Source: Escherichia phage EJP2
Sequence record: OQ411014.1
Strand: one strand, 5' to 3'
Length of the DNA stretch: 64,000 nt
In this document: piece by piece, positions 38,734 to 48,878 of the stretch
How positions within the stretch are numbered: position 1 is the first letter of the stretch
How the letters are laid out: each line of letters opens with the position of its first letter
Made by a program: the position numbers and the translations under genes
Notes under the pieces: model-generated
Database searches by the model: none
What the model was told of the DNA's origin: nothing
Seen by the model: only the letters and a program-made list of their open reading frames with translations

Positions 38734-39614
38734 TATTTCCCACTAATTACAACTTTCCCACTAAATGGTAGATAAGATGAGAACGTTACATTACCAGCTA
38801 CGTCGATAGTACTGTCAACAGTTACAACGTTATATGGGGAACTTGATGTTGCAGAATCAACCTCATTTTCCATAATAGCCAAATACAACGGACCAATTTC
38901 TTGACCATGTGTTGATTGCGGAATTGTTAGTGAATATTTCCCAGCAGAAGAACTCCATTGAGCCTTATTGACTGGTGAACTATATGGTGCTGTCATAGTT
39001 GTTGCTCCTATAAGTTTTACTATTACATATTCTGTCGGTACTGCGTCTGTACTGATTGTCACATTACCTACTGCATCAAGTGTTACGTTCATACCAATTG
39101 TATTCCCGCCTGGATCTTGCACTTGTACAAGCAGATCTGAACCGCGTTTGTGTACGGATTCAGGTAGACTAAACACATATTGTGAACCTTGCAAAACGAA
39201 ATCACCAGGCATCGAGGTGTGTGCAGTAACATAGTCGGAATCTGTTGTTGGGGCGGGTTTCTTAAAAGGTTTCCAGATGTCCTGGTCTTTAAAGAATATT
39301 TGTACAATACTAGTACCGTCAACTTGGAAATAAGTATCTCCATTAATCCCTAATGAAACGTCAGGCTCATCAGTTCCTGATAAAGCACCACCGGAACCGC
39401 CAGCGTTGTGCTCATTAAAGTAATTCAATGTTACTAAGTGTGATGGATTTATCGGTGCACCTGCACTGACGGGAACAAGTTCAGTTCCTTGATAGTTTTG
39501 GACTTGCATTTCTGTTTTGCCAGGAGCATAATCTACTGAACTAAAACGAACTCCACCCTTACCAAGAAAGAACGTCTTCTTCATGGTTCCTTCTAAGTTA
39601 GAAAAAACTGCCAT
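38733..39614 (-). CDS. tail fiber-associated protein
   Basis: AAGGAGAA RBS. 293 aa. Position in the fiber module. Confidence 0.5.
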   Translation of the reverse strand: MAVFSNLEGTMKKTFFLGKGGVRFSSVDYAPGKTEMQVQNYQGTELVPVSAGAPINPSHLVTLNYFNEHNAGGSGGALSGTDEPDVSLGINGDTYFQVDGTSIVQIFFKDQDIWKPFKKPAPTTDSDYVTAHTSMPGDFVLQGSQYVFSLPESVHKRGSDLLVQVQDPGGNTIGMNVTLDAVGNVTISTDAVPTEYVIVKLIGATTMTAPYSSPVNKAQWSSSAGKYSLTIPQSTHGQEIGPLYLAIMENEVDSATSSSPYNVVTVDSTIDVAGNVTFSSYLPFSGKVVISGK

Positions 39615-39629
39615 TGTGAGTTCTCCTTA

Positions 39630-40748
39630 TTATATGTTATTTGAAATTGGCACATCTGGTAGTTGATATGCCATTTGGATAGTGACATTCATTTTACCAG
39701 TTGGACTGTTGTTAACTGATGAATCAAAAACACAAGAAAGAATTTCATCTTTATCACTTGGTTCGTGATTAACTTCGTTTACTATGTATTTACGTGCTTC
39801 TGCAATATCAAAATAATCTTTAGGTGCAATTACAGTACCGTCAATTTTTGATTGTGCTGTACCACCAAAACGAACGAACATACCATCTTCAATCATTGAG
39901 TAACCTTGAGTAACATCAATTTGAATATCAGTTACTACATAACCTTTAGGACATGTTCCAACCACTAGTACTGCGTTAGTGAATGAGTTATCAATTACGT
40001 TATGAACGATGTAAACACTATCACCATTTTTACCTGGGTCGCCTTGAATACCTTTATCACCCTGAATACCCTGCTTACCACGGAAAGGAATTGGATTACT
40101 CCATTCTTTTTGACCCGGAACACTAGCACTTTCTTTTACATAGTATAACATACCATCATCAGTGTCATATACAGTGTAATTGTATGGAAGGTTAGTAATA
40201 TCTGGAAGTTCAGTTGCTTCTAAATCGATTTTAAAAACACCCTGTTCACCTTTAGGGCCAGTCCACTGATAAGGACCACGCCAATCAGTTGTAGGTTCAT
40301 CATACATCCAAATAGAGCCAGTACTGGTATCGAAGAAAGTATACTCATCGAATAAGTTAGTTGTAGGCTTTGTAGTACCACTGGAATCAATTGTGAATGG
40401 GCGGCCTGGGTCACCTTTTTCACCTTTACCGATTTCAGTACTGTTCCATGTTACTGGTGTTACATCTACATCAGAGGTTTTAAAATAGAGGATACTCTTA
40501 TTGTTTGCTAGACTTAGATATGACCAACCCAATGGTTTTTCGGGTCTAAAAGTCATGTCTGGAATTTCAAATCCAACTTCATCTGGGTAGAAGTCTGTAC
40601 CGTTCTTACCATTCATACCAACAACGTGGCCTAAGTTTTCGATGGTGTTATCGGGGTAGGTACAAATCAAATCACCAGAGGCGTTTATCTTGAATTTTAG
40701 TCCAGCGTTATTACAGGAAGATGAAGATCCATTAAATGAAATTGTCAT
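39630..40748 (-). CDS. tail fiber protein with short collagen-like Gly-x-x repeats
   Basis: GKQGIQGDKGIQGDPGKNGD and GEKGDPG segments. AAGGAAA RBS. Confidence 0.55.
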   Translation of the reverse strand: MTISFNGSSSSCNNAGLKFKINASGDLICTYPDNTIENLGHVVGMNGKNGTDFYPDEVGFEIPDMTFRPEKPLGWSYLSLANNKSILYFKTSDVDVTPVTWNSTEIGKGEKGDPGRPFTIDSSGTTKPTTNLFDEYTFFDTSTGSIWMYDEPTTDWRGPYQWTGPKGEQGVFKIDLEATELPDITNLPYNYTVYDTDDGMLYYVKESASVPGQKEWSNPIPFRGKQGIQGDKGIQGDPGKNGDSVYIVHNVIDNSFTNAVLVVGTCPKGYVVTDIQIDVTQGYSMIEDGMFVRFGGTAQSKIDGTVIAPKDYFDIAEARKYIVNEVNHEPSDKDEILSCVFDSSVNNSPTGKMNVTIQMAYQLPDVPISNNI

Positions 40749-40814
40749 ATTTATTTCCTTTTTTAAATTGCTTTATTATGAATATTTATCACTCTCTGAT
40801 TACATTCGCTGCCG

Positions 40815-40822
40815 TATAAATA
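40815..40822 (+). promoter_or_regulatory. T4-type late promoter box TATAAATA
   Basis: Exact TATAAATA 33 nt upstream of the ATG at 40855. Confidence 0.45.
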
Positions 40823-40854
40823 AGTAAAAGTTCATAAAAGAGGGGCTTATTAAA

Positions 40855-41352
40855 ATGGCTTTAAGATCAAAGAATTTTCTATTCAAAAGAAAGGGTAAAG
40901 ATGGCGAGTGGTATGATTTCCAAGATTCAGACTCGTGGTACGATACCAATAACGATTATCATTGGAATGAAGTTTCGTTACCACTGGCTGCTGGGGGATA
41001 CTATGGCAGTACTACAGGATTACATACAATTGCATTCACACTACGTCAATTCGTTGGTCGTATATATGTTGAAGCAACTCTGTCAAGCAACCCTGAAGAA
41101 GCGGATTGGTTCCCAATTAAGTTTACTGAATCTTGTCGGTACTATATGGAATTCACGGATACCAGAATTTACGATGAAAATCGTGACAATTTTATTGAAG
41201 AATCAGGGGCAACCGGAACATTTGCCGAAACTCTAGTTGGTAACTTCACATACCTTAGAGTCGGTATTGAACGTAATTACATTAGTATTGACCCAACCGA
41301 GTATCAGAAACGCAAAGGTGGGAAATTAGAAGAAGTTCAAATTAATTTCTAA
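40855..41352 (+). CDS. hypothetical virion protein
   Basis: GAGGGG RBS. Preceded by TATAAATA at 40815-40822. Confidence 0.5.
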   Translation: MALRSKNFLFKRKGKDGEWYDFQDSDSWYDTNNDYHWNEVSLPLAAGGYYGSTTGLHTIAFTLRQFVGRIYVEATLSSNPEEADWFPIKFTESCRYYMEFTDTRIYDENRDNFIEESGATGTFAETLVGNFTYLRVGIERNYISIDPTEYQKRKGGKLEEVQINF

Positions 41353-41363
41353 GGAAAAATAAA

Positions 41364-41972
41364 ATGGAAAACAAAATCGAACAACCAAGATTGTTTGTTA
41401 AAGGTCATGTGCTGATTACTGATGTTACTGACCCAGAAAACACAAAAGTAGTTTTGGATAAATCAAACGCAATCCATCCAGAAAACATGAGTCGTGCTAT
41501 TGCAAACGCTCTGGCAGCAAACGTAGATAGTGCTGGAGTAAGTTTAGGGGCTGTTTCTGAAATGCGTTTTGGTAATGGTGGTACTGTAGTGTTGAGTACT
41601 GGGCGTGTTACCTATAAATCCCCACGCGTCACTTCGTATGGTGGTTTGTATTCTGAAACTTATTCTAAAAAGATTAACCCACGTATTAATACTGGTGTTG
41701 ATGAACAATATAATAACATCACGACCGTTCACATTCCCGGACAGGCATATACTGACTTGGTATGCTTATGTACATTAGGTTTAAGTGAGCCGTCAGACCA
41801 AGCTGTTAGTTCCAGTACTTCAATGGATGGAACTTATGTATTTGATGAACTCGGTCTATATACTGACGGTACTAGTGGTTTACCACTATCACATATTATT
41901 TTCCATCCAGTTGAGAAAAGTGCAAACCGTATTCTACAAGTAAAATATACTGTGCGTGTTCAACTTCAATAA
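41364..41972 (+). CDS. hypothetical virion protein
   Basis: AAGGAAAAA RBS. 202 aa. Confidence 0.5.
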   Translation: MENKIEQPRLFVKGHVLITDVTDPENTKVVLDKSNAIHPENMSRAIANALAANVDSAGVSLGAVSEMRFGNGGTVVLSTGRVTYKSPRVTSYGGLYSETYSKKINPRINTGVDEQYNNITTVHIPGQAYTDLVCLCTLGLSEPSDQAVSSSTSMDGTYVFDELGLYTDGTSGLPLSHIIFHPVEKSANRILQVKYTVRVQLQ

Positions 41973-41981
41973 GGATAAGAT

Positions 41982-43079
41982 ATGATTAACTATGAAATTA
42001 AACGTGCCAATGGTAAAATATATGCATCAATCCCCAATAACGCAATATTGGGTCCGAACTCACCAAACCAAAACCCAGTACCGATCAACTTGGTCGGTCG
42101 TAATAAGGTAGGTTATGGTCAAGCATACAATGAAAACGCATTGTGGTTAGCAGAAAACTTTGCTGGTCAATATGCACCAAAGGGTAACGTAACAGGCCAA
42201 CTATGGTATAAGTATACATCTGGTACAGGGGAATTACTAGTAGCTCTTAAAGATGATGCTGCTCAACCAGTAGATTCACAAACCGAATTAGAATGGGGTG
42301 CTATCCCTGCTATTACAGTGTTTAATACTGTCCCTGATGGTACTAACTCAATTATGGGGCGTATGGTACTAACAAATAATGGCGACCGTCTGATGGTTCT
42401 CATGAAGGATAAAGAGTGGCGTGAAATTCAAACTACTCGTCCTTCTAACAAACAGTATGAACGTCTACTAGATATTAACTATGACACAGGTGAGAAATTC
42501 ATTTCTTATACACAAACTAACAGTACTAAACCAGTTGCATACTTTAACGTTGGTGGTGCTCCTATTGTTGATTCGAACGGTTATACTACCTTCCAAGATG
42601 GCGATGGTGTATTCAACTTCGGTGCGAACTATTTCTTTGAAATGAATATTATCGCCCGTCAAGTCACTAATACTGGCACTACTGTAGTTCCCCAACCTGC
42701 AAACTATAAGACTTGGCAGATTAAAGGTCAGTTTTATGTTGATAACGCTGGTAATTTCACACCTGGCGTTACTGTGGCTTCGGCTCTACCAGATCCACGT
42801 AAGGTTGCTAACCTAACACAGATTAAAGATGAAATCACTAGTACTCAAGGTACATGGGATGTTAACGTAGTAATCAACGGGGTTGATACATCAGTCCCTG
42901 GTGCAAACGGAAATACTGGGGCTGATTATGAAAACTACGTCCTAGGTTCACTAAACTCTACAAAACACTTAGGTATTCGTATTGACGGTACTGTTTCTGG
43001 TCTTGGTGCTGGTCAATCTACTCTAACACAGTGGAGTGTACTACTAAAAATCACGGGTGTTCCTCCGGTTGGTGTTTAA
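41982..43079 (+). CDS. putative tail fiber / baseplate protein
   Basis: 365 aa, Gly/Asn/Thr-rich. Followed by terminator hairpins. Confidence 0.5.
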   Translation: MINYEIKRANGKIYASIPNNAILGPNSPNQNPVPINLVGRNKVGYGQAYNENALWLAENFAGQYAPKGNVTGQLWYKYTSGTGELLVALKDDAAQPVDSQTELEWGAIPAITVFNTVPDGTNSIMGRMVLTNNGDRLMVLMKDKEWREIQTTRPSNKQYERLLDINYDTGEKFISYTQTNSTKPVAYFNVGGAPIVDSNGYTTFQDGDGVFNFGANYFFEMNIIARQVTNTGTTVVPQPANYKTWQIKGQFYVDNAGNFTPGVTVASALPDPRKVANLTQIKDEITSTQGTWDVNVVINGVDTSVPGANGNTGADYENYVLGSLNSTKHLGIRIDGTVSGLGAGQSTLTQWSVLLKITGVPPVGV

Positions 43080-43083
43080 TACA

Positions 43084-43111
43084 AATGAAAAAAGGAACCC
43101 GAAGGTTCCTT
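43084..43111 (-). terminator. terminator with UUCG tetraloop
   Basis: Minus-strand reading AAGGAACC-TTCG-GGTTCCTT followed by TTTTCATTT. Confidence 0.5.
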
Positions 43112-43587
43112 TAGAATATATATGGCAAGCTGTTGAAAAATGGCTTGCCATTTTTTATTGATTGCCATAGTGAGTTAAAGTCTGTTATAATATTGGTATT
43201 ATACAAAGTGCTTTTAGCTCCAGGGTGTAGTGGTTTAGGCCAGTTTCCTATCTTGACCCACGAATATCCTGCACTTTCATGGTTAAGTTCTGGTATAAAT
43301 TCACCCTGTACCACAACTATAAATGAATAATATTTAAACTTTCCATTTTTAGTACAGAATACATCGAAAGGGATTATATCTTCAATGTCCGGTACTGAAT
43401 CACCCAACTCTTCTGAGATTTCTCTATGAAGTGCTTGAATAGGAGTTTCAGTACTTTCAATCTTCCCACCAACGAAACCCCAGTTGTTTGCATATGTAGA
43501 AGTGTCTGAACGCAAGTTCAGCATCATCCTTCCAGTATTCTTCGATAAAAATATTGCTCCTACTGCTTCGTTAGTCATCTTTGTCAT
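43111..43587 (-). CDS. Nudix hydrolase
   Basis: Nudix box GKIESTETPIQALHREISEELG (G-x5-E-x7-R-E-U-x-E-E-x-G). Confidence 0.7.
   Translation of the reverse strand: MTKMTNEAVGAIFLSKNTGRMMLNLRSDTSTYANNWGFVGGKIESTETPIQALHREISEELGDSVPDIEDIIPFDVFCTKNGKFKYYSFIVVVQGEFIPELNHESAGYSWVKIGNWPKPLHPGAKSTLYNTNIITDFNSLWQSIKNGKPFFNSLPYIF
43123..43156 (+). terminator. rho-independent terminator
   Basis: TGGCAAGC ... GCTTGCCA stem followed by TTTTTT. Confidence 0.5.
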
Positions 43588-43589
43588 CC

Positions 43590-44930
43590 TTATGTGTTTC
43601 TAAAGCCAATCCTCCAATACCCTTGTCTATATTTGTTCATAATGGCCTTGTGCCAGCCAAACTTTGTGGTATACTTATACATTCCACTATCACTTGAGTT
43701 ATAAACATAATCAGTAATACTTGCTGGAGGGATAAGTTCAATACCTTGAGAAGTTATTCGAACAATATATTCAGGTGGGATACGATTATCCTTGTAGAAA
43801 ATATCACGTTCTGATATATTTACATAATATTGCTCCGGTATAGCTCCATTTAACTCTTGACTTTCAGTGACGAAAGCAACAATTGCCAATTGACGCTTCA
43901 TTAGTGAGTTATCAACTTCAACAATAATCTTATTCGCGGTATCATCAGAACCAATACTCAGTACTGTACCTTTGATTGCGGATGTGTCTTCAATTCCTCG
44001 TTGGAATTTGATGAACATTTCCTTCTTATCGAAGCTCGGTTCCAAATATTTGAGGTATATAGGCCATGAGAAGATTTTGTTATTGGCACTCAGCTTGTTA
44101 AGAGATGAATTCACAAGTGTTAGCTCATATTTTGACGTGGATGCACCTGGCTGTGTGATTTCATCCACCAATATACACATGTTTTTCGGTGTGAAGACAT
44201 CAACAATCGGTTCAGACCAGTTAGTTAGTTCAATATCGAGTTCGTCTTTCGCGTTATGCACGTTAGTAACGATTTGACTAATGAGTTTTGGTTTTTCAAC
44301 TGTTCCTGGAAGAGAAAACCACACAGTACTTTTGAATGATAAGGTCATTATGTCCATATCAGTGTCTGTGCCTTGTGGCATAGCACGAGAACTGAACTGA
44401 CAATCAATCAATTCAACATCAGTTGCTGAAGTCCAGTCTAATGGGTTCTCCGAAAGCTGTAAAGTTATCGATGGACTGAATAAAGTTGTGATTTGTTCGA
44501 ACAATTCCATTTTATTAGTTAATGTAGTTGTCCAAATGTTCAAATCAAACACAAATGTCCACGGAACAGGGTTGTATCTGGTAATCAAGTACTGTTCATC
44601 CAGTTCTTTTGTGTACTCGTTCTGTGCAGGGGACTTATTAGTCCCCATAATCACCTGTTCAGCCACTGGTGAGCGAATAGAATTGCGTTCCATCTTCAAT
44701 GACTGTACACTTATAGTCATCATTGGAGCAGTTGGTACTGTGTTTTCTGAACCTCCACTGATAATATACGCAGCTAAACGTGAAATATCAGCGTATCTGC
44801 AAGGTACACCACGATAAACTGGTAGACCTGCATCGTCAATTGAGTGTAGTACTTTGAAATCACCAAAAACTCTTATTAAGTGTTTCAGTACTCGTCTGAA
44901 TTGACCGTCATAATAATATTCTACTTTCAT
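43590..44930 (-). CDS. virion structural protein (baseplate or tail associated)
   Basis: 446-aa ORF with AAGGAA RBS in the structural operon. Function not recognised. Confidence 0.5.
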   Translation of the reverse strand: MKVEYYYDGQFRRVLKHLIRVFGDFKVLHSIDDAGLPVYRGVPCRYADISRLAAYIISGGSENTVPTAPMMTISVQSLKMERNSIRSPVAEQVIMGTNKSPAQNEYTKELDEQYLITRYNPVPWTFVFDLNIWTTTLTNKMELFEQITTLFSPSITLQLSENPLDWTSATDVELIDCQFSSRAMPQGTDTDMDIMTLSFKSTVWFSLPGTVEKPKLISQIVTNVHNAKDELDIELTNWSEPIVDVFTPKNMCILVDEITQPGASTSKYELTLVNSSLNKLSANNKIFSWPIYLKYLEPSFDKKEMFIKFQRGIEDTSAIKGTVLSIGSDDTANKIIVEVDNSLMKRQLAIVAFVTESQELNGAIPEQYYVNISERDIFYKDNRIPPEYIVRITSQGIELIPPASITDYVYNSSDSGMYKYTTKFGWHKAIMNKYRQGYWRIGFRNT

Positions 44931-44938
44931 GTTGTTCC

Positions 44939-46435
44939 TTATTTCTTATGAACACGGTAAACAATGTTCGGTTTAACTGCATCTTCCAACGGTACTCTGT
45001 TTGGACTATTAACAAAATCAGTTTTAGCTTTATCTGCACCAACCCACGGCTGACGACCGCCATAATCAAATATAGCCCATGATTTCTTATCGTCTGAGTA
45101 CTCCCAAAGCGTAACTGGGGTGTAATCAGTACGGTAAAAGTACTCACCATCAACTGGATTGCTTGGGAATTCAGTACCTTCACCTACAGTTCCTCTAGCT
45201 GGTGGAATCTTAGGTCTAGAGTCCGCAGAAAGAGTGATGTCGGCAGCAATACTACCTGAAGTGAATGGTACGTTGCTATGTTCATCAGGTGGAATCACCC
45301 ATGTAACACCATCATCCAGTACTTGATATAATTGTGGTTCAGCGTATAATACATAGAAGTCACCAGCGTCATTAGGTACACTTTCACCGGACTTAACGTA
45401 CGGTAAATCACAGTTCAACCATTTCTTGACATCTTTATCGTACTGATATAAAGTATATCCACTGACATCTGCTTCTTGCTCTTTAAAAAAGAAATCTCCG
45501 TCACTCGGTCTGCGAGGGAATGTGGTTCCGTACTTAACTTGGACTTCATCCCAGCTAGAATTCTCGAACTCCATCAGTACTGGATATGTTTTCTTAATGT
45601 AGAACATATTTGCTGAAGGTTTTTCAGGGAAATCATATCCACTTAAGATAACTCTTGACAGTTCCCATATATCTGATCTATCATTATATATGTGCTCATT
45701 AGTCCAGTGCATGTATGGCACTTCATCATCGGCTTGGATAATGATTTTGTTCATAATATCCATTTCGTTGTTGTAGTTACTGTTTTCACTACCACCATTA
45801 TTACCACTTGAGTTACCATTTCCGTTATTCGGATCATCTGGGTCATCTGGGAAGTTGTTATTGTCTAGGATTCCAGAATATTCAGGACTATCGGTTAGTG
45901 GTTTAACACGAAGTTTGAAAATATGGTGTTGCCATGTGACGGAGTAACCTTCGGATGTTCTAAACGCATCTTGAACGACATAGAAACGGTTCAAACCTGA
46001 ATCTTTTCCTATAACGTCAAAATCGCGTAAGTTAGGAAGTTCGATGACATCGCCTGGAATAATTTTTCTTCCCACGCGTTGCATCATTGTGTTATAATGG
46101 ATTGTAATGTCCATAGTGTTAAAGTTGAAGAAAATCCCTGGCATTTTTAAGTCAGGAGTTGCTTCTTGAATTTGGTACACTGCACTAAGTGTTATAGCTT
46201 CTAAGTTATATTCACGTTGTGCTGATTCACCGAAGATAATGTCACCGATACTAGAAATATCTAGTTGACCATCTCCGGTTTGTAGTGTACCATCATCATT
46301 AGTTGCTAATTGTTTTGGACCAACATAAGCGTACAGCCACATATCAACACCACCGATATTGTACTGTTCGGCAATGTTGCGGTCGATGAAACTATAATCA
46401 TTAGTTCGACCTTTTTTCCACATTTTGTATGCCAT
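44939..46435 (-). CDS. virion structural protein
   Basis: ATG at 46435 with TGGAGA RBS; the ORF track starts at 46492. First gene of the leftward operon. Confidence 0.5.
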   Translation of the reverse strand: MAYKMWKKGRTNDYSFIDRNIAEQYNIGGVDMWLYAYVGPKQLATNDDGTLQTGDGQLDISSIGDIIFGESAQREYNLEAITLSAVYQIQEATPDLKMPGIFFNFNTMDITIHYNTMMQRVGRKIIPGDVIELPNLRDFDVIGKDSGLNRFYVVQDAFRTSEGYSVTWQHHIFKLRVKPLTDSPEYSGILDNNNFPDDPDDPNNGNGNSSGNNGGSENSNYNNEMDIMNKIIIQADDEVPYMHWTNEHIYNDRSDIWELSRVILSGYDFPEKPSANMFYIKKTYPVLMEFENSSWDEVQVKYGTTFPRRPSDGDFFFKEQEADVSGYTLYQYDKDVKKWLNCDLPYVKSGESVPNDAGDFYVLYAEPQLYQVLDDGVTWVIPPDEHSNVPFTSGSIAADITLSADSRPKIPPARGTVGEGTEFPSNPVDGEYFYRTDYTPVTLWEYSDDKKSWAIFDYGGRQPWVGADKAKTDFVNSPNRVPLEDAVKPNIVYRVHKK

Positions 46436-46477
46436 TTTGAATCTCCAAAAAGAAATCGTATAAATGTATTTATTTTT

Positions 46478-46507
46478 TTGAGACAAATGCAAAAGATGTG
46501 ATATAAT
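46478..46507 (+). promoter_or_regulatory. early promoter (TTGAGA -35, TGn TATAAT)
   Basis: TTGAGA 46478-46483, TG 46499-46500, TATAAT 46502-46507. Upstream of the ClpA-like gene. Confidence 0.5.
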
Positions 46508-46554
46508 AGATTATGAAGCACATAAAACTACTTTTTTTTTAGGAGAGAATTATA

Positions 46555-48840
46555 ATGAGTCAAACTTTCATTCAAATCTTCACCGATACTGAAAACTTTG
46601 CACAGAGTCTTGGTCATCGTTATATGTCTATCGACCATCTTTCAGTAACCGTGCTACAAATTCCTAGCATCATTGAAGCGTTGAATGCAATGTCTCTCGA
46701 TGCGGAACAAATCCAAGAACGTGTTCACCAGTACTTGAAAAGTGCTAACATTCCAGAGATTCCACAGAGTACGATGGAAGCTATTGGTGAAGATCGTGCG
46801 GCTATGAGCATTCAAATGTCTCGTATCATGGCTGAACTAAGCAAGAAAGCTGTACTGGAACAATTGAAGACTGATGATTATACTATTGCTCCGTACTTTG
46901 TACTTTTTGAATGTTTGTCCTTCCCTAATACTGCAATTGAAGCAGTACTGGAAGAATTAGGAACAACTCGTACTGAAGTGGCTCGTTCTCTTCAGAAACA
47001 TGTTGAACAAGTTGAACCATCAGTAGAACTAACTAAAACTTTCCAAGAACCGACTAAAGAGGGTAAACGAGTGGCACAACAACCACAGTCCAAGTCTAAG
47101 GGTATTGAAGATTACACCACTAACCTGACAGAAAAAGCTCGTAATGGCAATCTTGACCCGATGATTGGTCGTACCAAGGAACTCCAGAACCTAATCGAGA
47201 TTGTTTCTCGTAAGAATAAAAAGAATGCGTGTCTGACTGGTGAACCTGGTGTTGGTAAAACTCAAATCATTGATGGTTTGGCTCAAGCAATCGCTGATGG
47301 GAATGTTCCAGAGCATTTACAAGGTATTGAGATTCTTTCTCTGAACATGGGTGCGTTTACTGCGGGTACTAAGTATCGTGGTGAGTTCGAAGAACGTGTT
47401 GATGATTTCTTGAAAGAATTGAAAACTCGTGATAACGTAATCGTATTCATTGACGAACTACATACTATCATGGGTGCAGGTTCCAACAGTTCTGGTTCTA
47501 TGGATATGAGTAATCTTATCAAACCAGCACTATCAAGTGGTGAAATCCGTGTTATCGGTGCAACTACTTACGAAGAATATCGTAAACACATTGAGAAAGA
47601 TGGTGCACTAGCACGTCGCTTCATGAAAGTTGATATTGTTGAACCTTCTTTCAGTGAAACTCGTGAAATTGTACTCGGCGTTACCAGTACTTATGAGAAG
47701 TTCCATGAAGTTTCTTTCAGTGAAGCAGCAATTGAAGCAGTACTGAACCTGTCTAACAAGTTCATGAAAAACAAGCGTTTCCCTGACAAAGCACTAGATC
47801 TTCTTGATGCAGCAGCGGCAATGAAACGTACTCGTGGTGAAGACGATAATATCGTTCAAGAATCACACATCCAAGAAGTTGTGGCACGCATTGCTAACCT
47901 GGATATTTCTGTGGTAGCATGTAACGAAAGCGAACGCATGTCTAACCTACCAAATGCACTACGTTCTCGTGTATTCGGTCAAGATGATGCAGTTGAAAAA
48001 CTGGTTGATAACGTAATGGTTGCTCGTGCAGGTCTACGTGATAGTGCGTCAGTACAGGGTGCGTTCATTTTCCAAGGGCCGTCCGGTACTGGTAAAACTG
48101 AAATCGCTAAAGCACTTGCTGATGCAATGGGTTCTGAACTAATTCGTTTCGATATGTCAGAGTTTGCTCAAGAGCATACTGTATCCAAACTAATCGGTTC
48201 CCCTCCAGGTTATGTTGGTCACGAATCCGGCAACGGTCTACTGTTAGACAAAGTAGAACAATTCCCGAACTGTGTCCTGCTTCTGGATGAAATTGAAAAG
48301 GCTCACCCTAACATTCTACTAACCTTTCTACAGGTTCTAGATGAAGGTCGTCTAACTGGCTCTCAAGGTAAAACAGTATTCTTCAATAACGTAACTGTTA
48401 TCATGACTACTAACCTAGGTGCTAAACAAGCAGAAGTTCGTGCAATCGGTGGTTCCGGTGGCGACGATGGTATGGACAAAGCACTAAAAGCGTTCCTCCG
48501 TCCAGAGTTTCTAAACCGTATCGACAGTGTTGTGAAATTCAAAGAACTATCTGCTGAGGCAATTGATTCTGTAATCACCAAGTTCATGGCTTCTCTGGAA
48601 GAAACCGTTGCACCTAAAGGTGTTACCGTGAAACTAACTACCGAAGCACGTGCATGGTTGGCTAAGAATGGTGTTCAGGTTGGTATGGGTGCACGTCCAA
48701 TGAAACGTACCATCGAAAAACACATTCGTGTCCCACTAGCTAAAGAAATGCTTTGTGGTTCTCTACAAAATGGTGGTTCAATTACGTTTGACGTGATTGA
48801 TGGAACTCTAGGTGTAAAATCCAAACGTTCTAAAAAATAA
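46555..48840 (+). CDS. clpA: ClpA-like two-ring AAA+ unfoldase
   Basis: Duplicated Clp N-domain. D1 GEPGVGKT ... FIDELHTIMGAG and D2 GPSGTGKTE ... LLLDEIEKAHP. No ClpB middle domain. Colinear with ClpA over about 760 aa. Confidence 0.85.
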   Translation: MSQTFIQIFTDTENFAQSLGHRYMSIDHLSVTVLQIPSIIEALNAMSLDAEQIQERVHQYLKSANIPEIPQSTMEAIGEDRAAMSIQMSRIMAELSKKAVLEQLKTDDYTIAPYFVLFECLSFPNTAIEAVLEELGTTRTEVARSLQKHVEQVEPSVELTKTFQEPTKEGKRVAQQPQSKSKGIEDYTTNLTEKARNGNLDPMIGRTKELQNLIEIVSRKNKKNACLTGEPGVGKTQIIDGLAQAIADGNVPEHLQGIEILSLNMGAFTAGTKYRGEFEERVDDFLKELKTRDNVIVFIDELHTIMGAGSNSSGSMDMSNLIKPALSSGEIRVIGATTYEEYRKHIEKDGALARRFMKVDIVEPSFSETREIVLGVTSTYEKFHEVSFSEAAIEAVLNLSNKFMKNKRFPDKALDLLDAAAAMKRTRGEDDNIVQESHIQEVVARIANLDISVVACNESERMSNLPNALRSRVFGQDDAVEKLVDNVMVARAGLRDSASVQGAFIFQGPSGTGKTEIAKALADAMGSELIRFDMSEFAQEHTVSKLIGSPPGYVGHESGNGLLLDKVEQFPNCVLLLDEIEKAHPNILLTFLQVLDEGRLTGSQGKTVFFNNVTVIMTTNLGAKQAEVRAIGGSGGDDGMDKALKAFLRPEFLNRIDSVVKFKELSAEAIDSVITKFMASLEETVAPKGVTVKLTTEARAWLAKNGVQVGMGARPMKRTIEKHIRVPLAKEMLCGSLQNGGSITFDVIDGTLGVKSKRSKK

Positions 48841-48844
48841 GAAA

Positions 48845-48878
48845 ATAAAAAGGAGCCTTTCGGCTCCTTTTTTTTATT
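48845..48878. terminator. bidirectional terminator between ClpA-like gene and giant gene
   Basis: A-run, GGAGCC-TTTC-GGCTCC, T8 run. Confidence 0.6.

Noticed and set aside
40901-41236. 111-aa plus-strand ORF overlapping gene 40855-41352 in another frame
   Set aside because: Fully embedded in a gene that has an RBS and late promoter. No independent signals.
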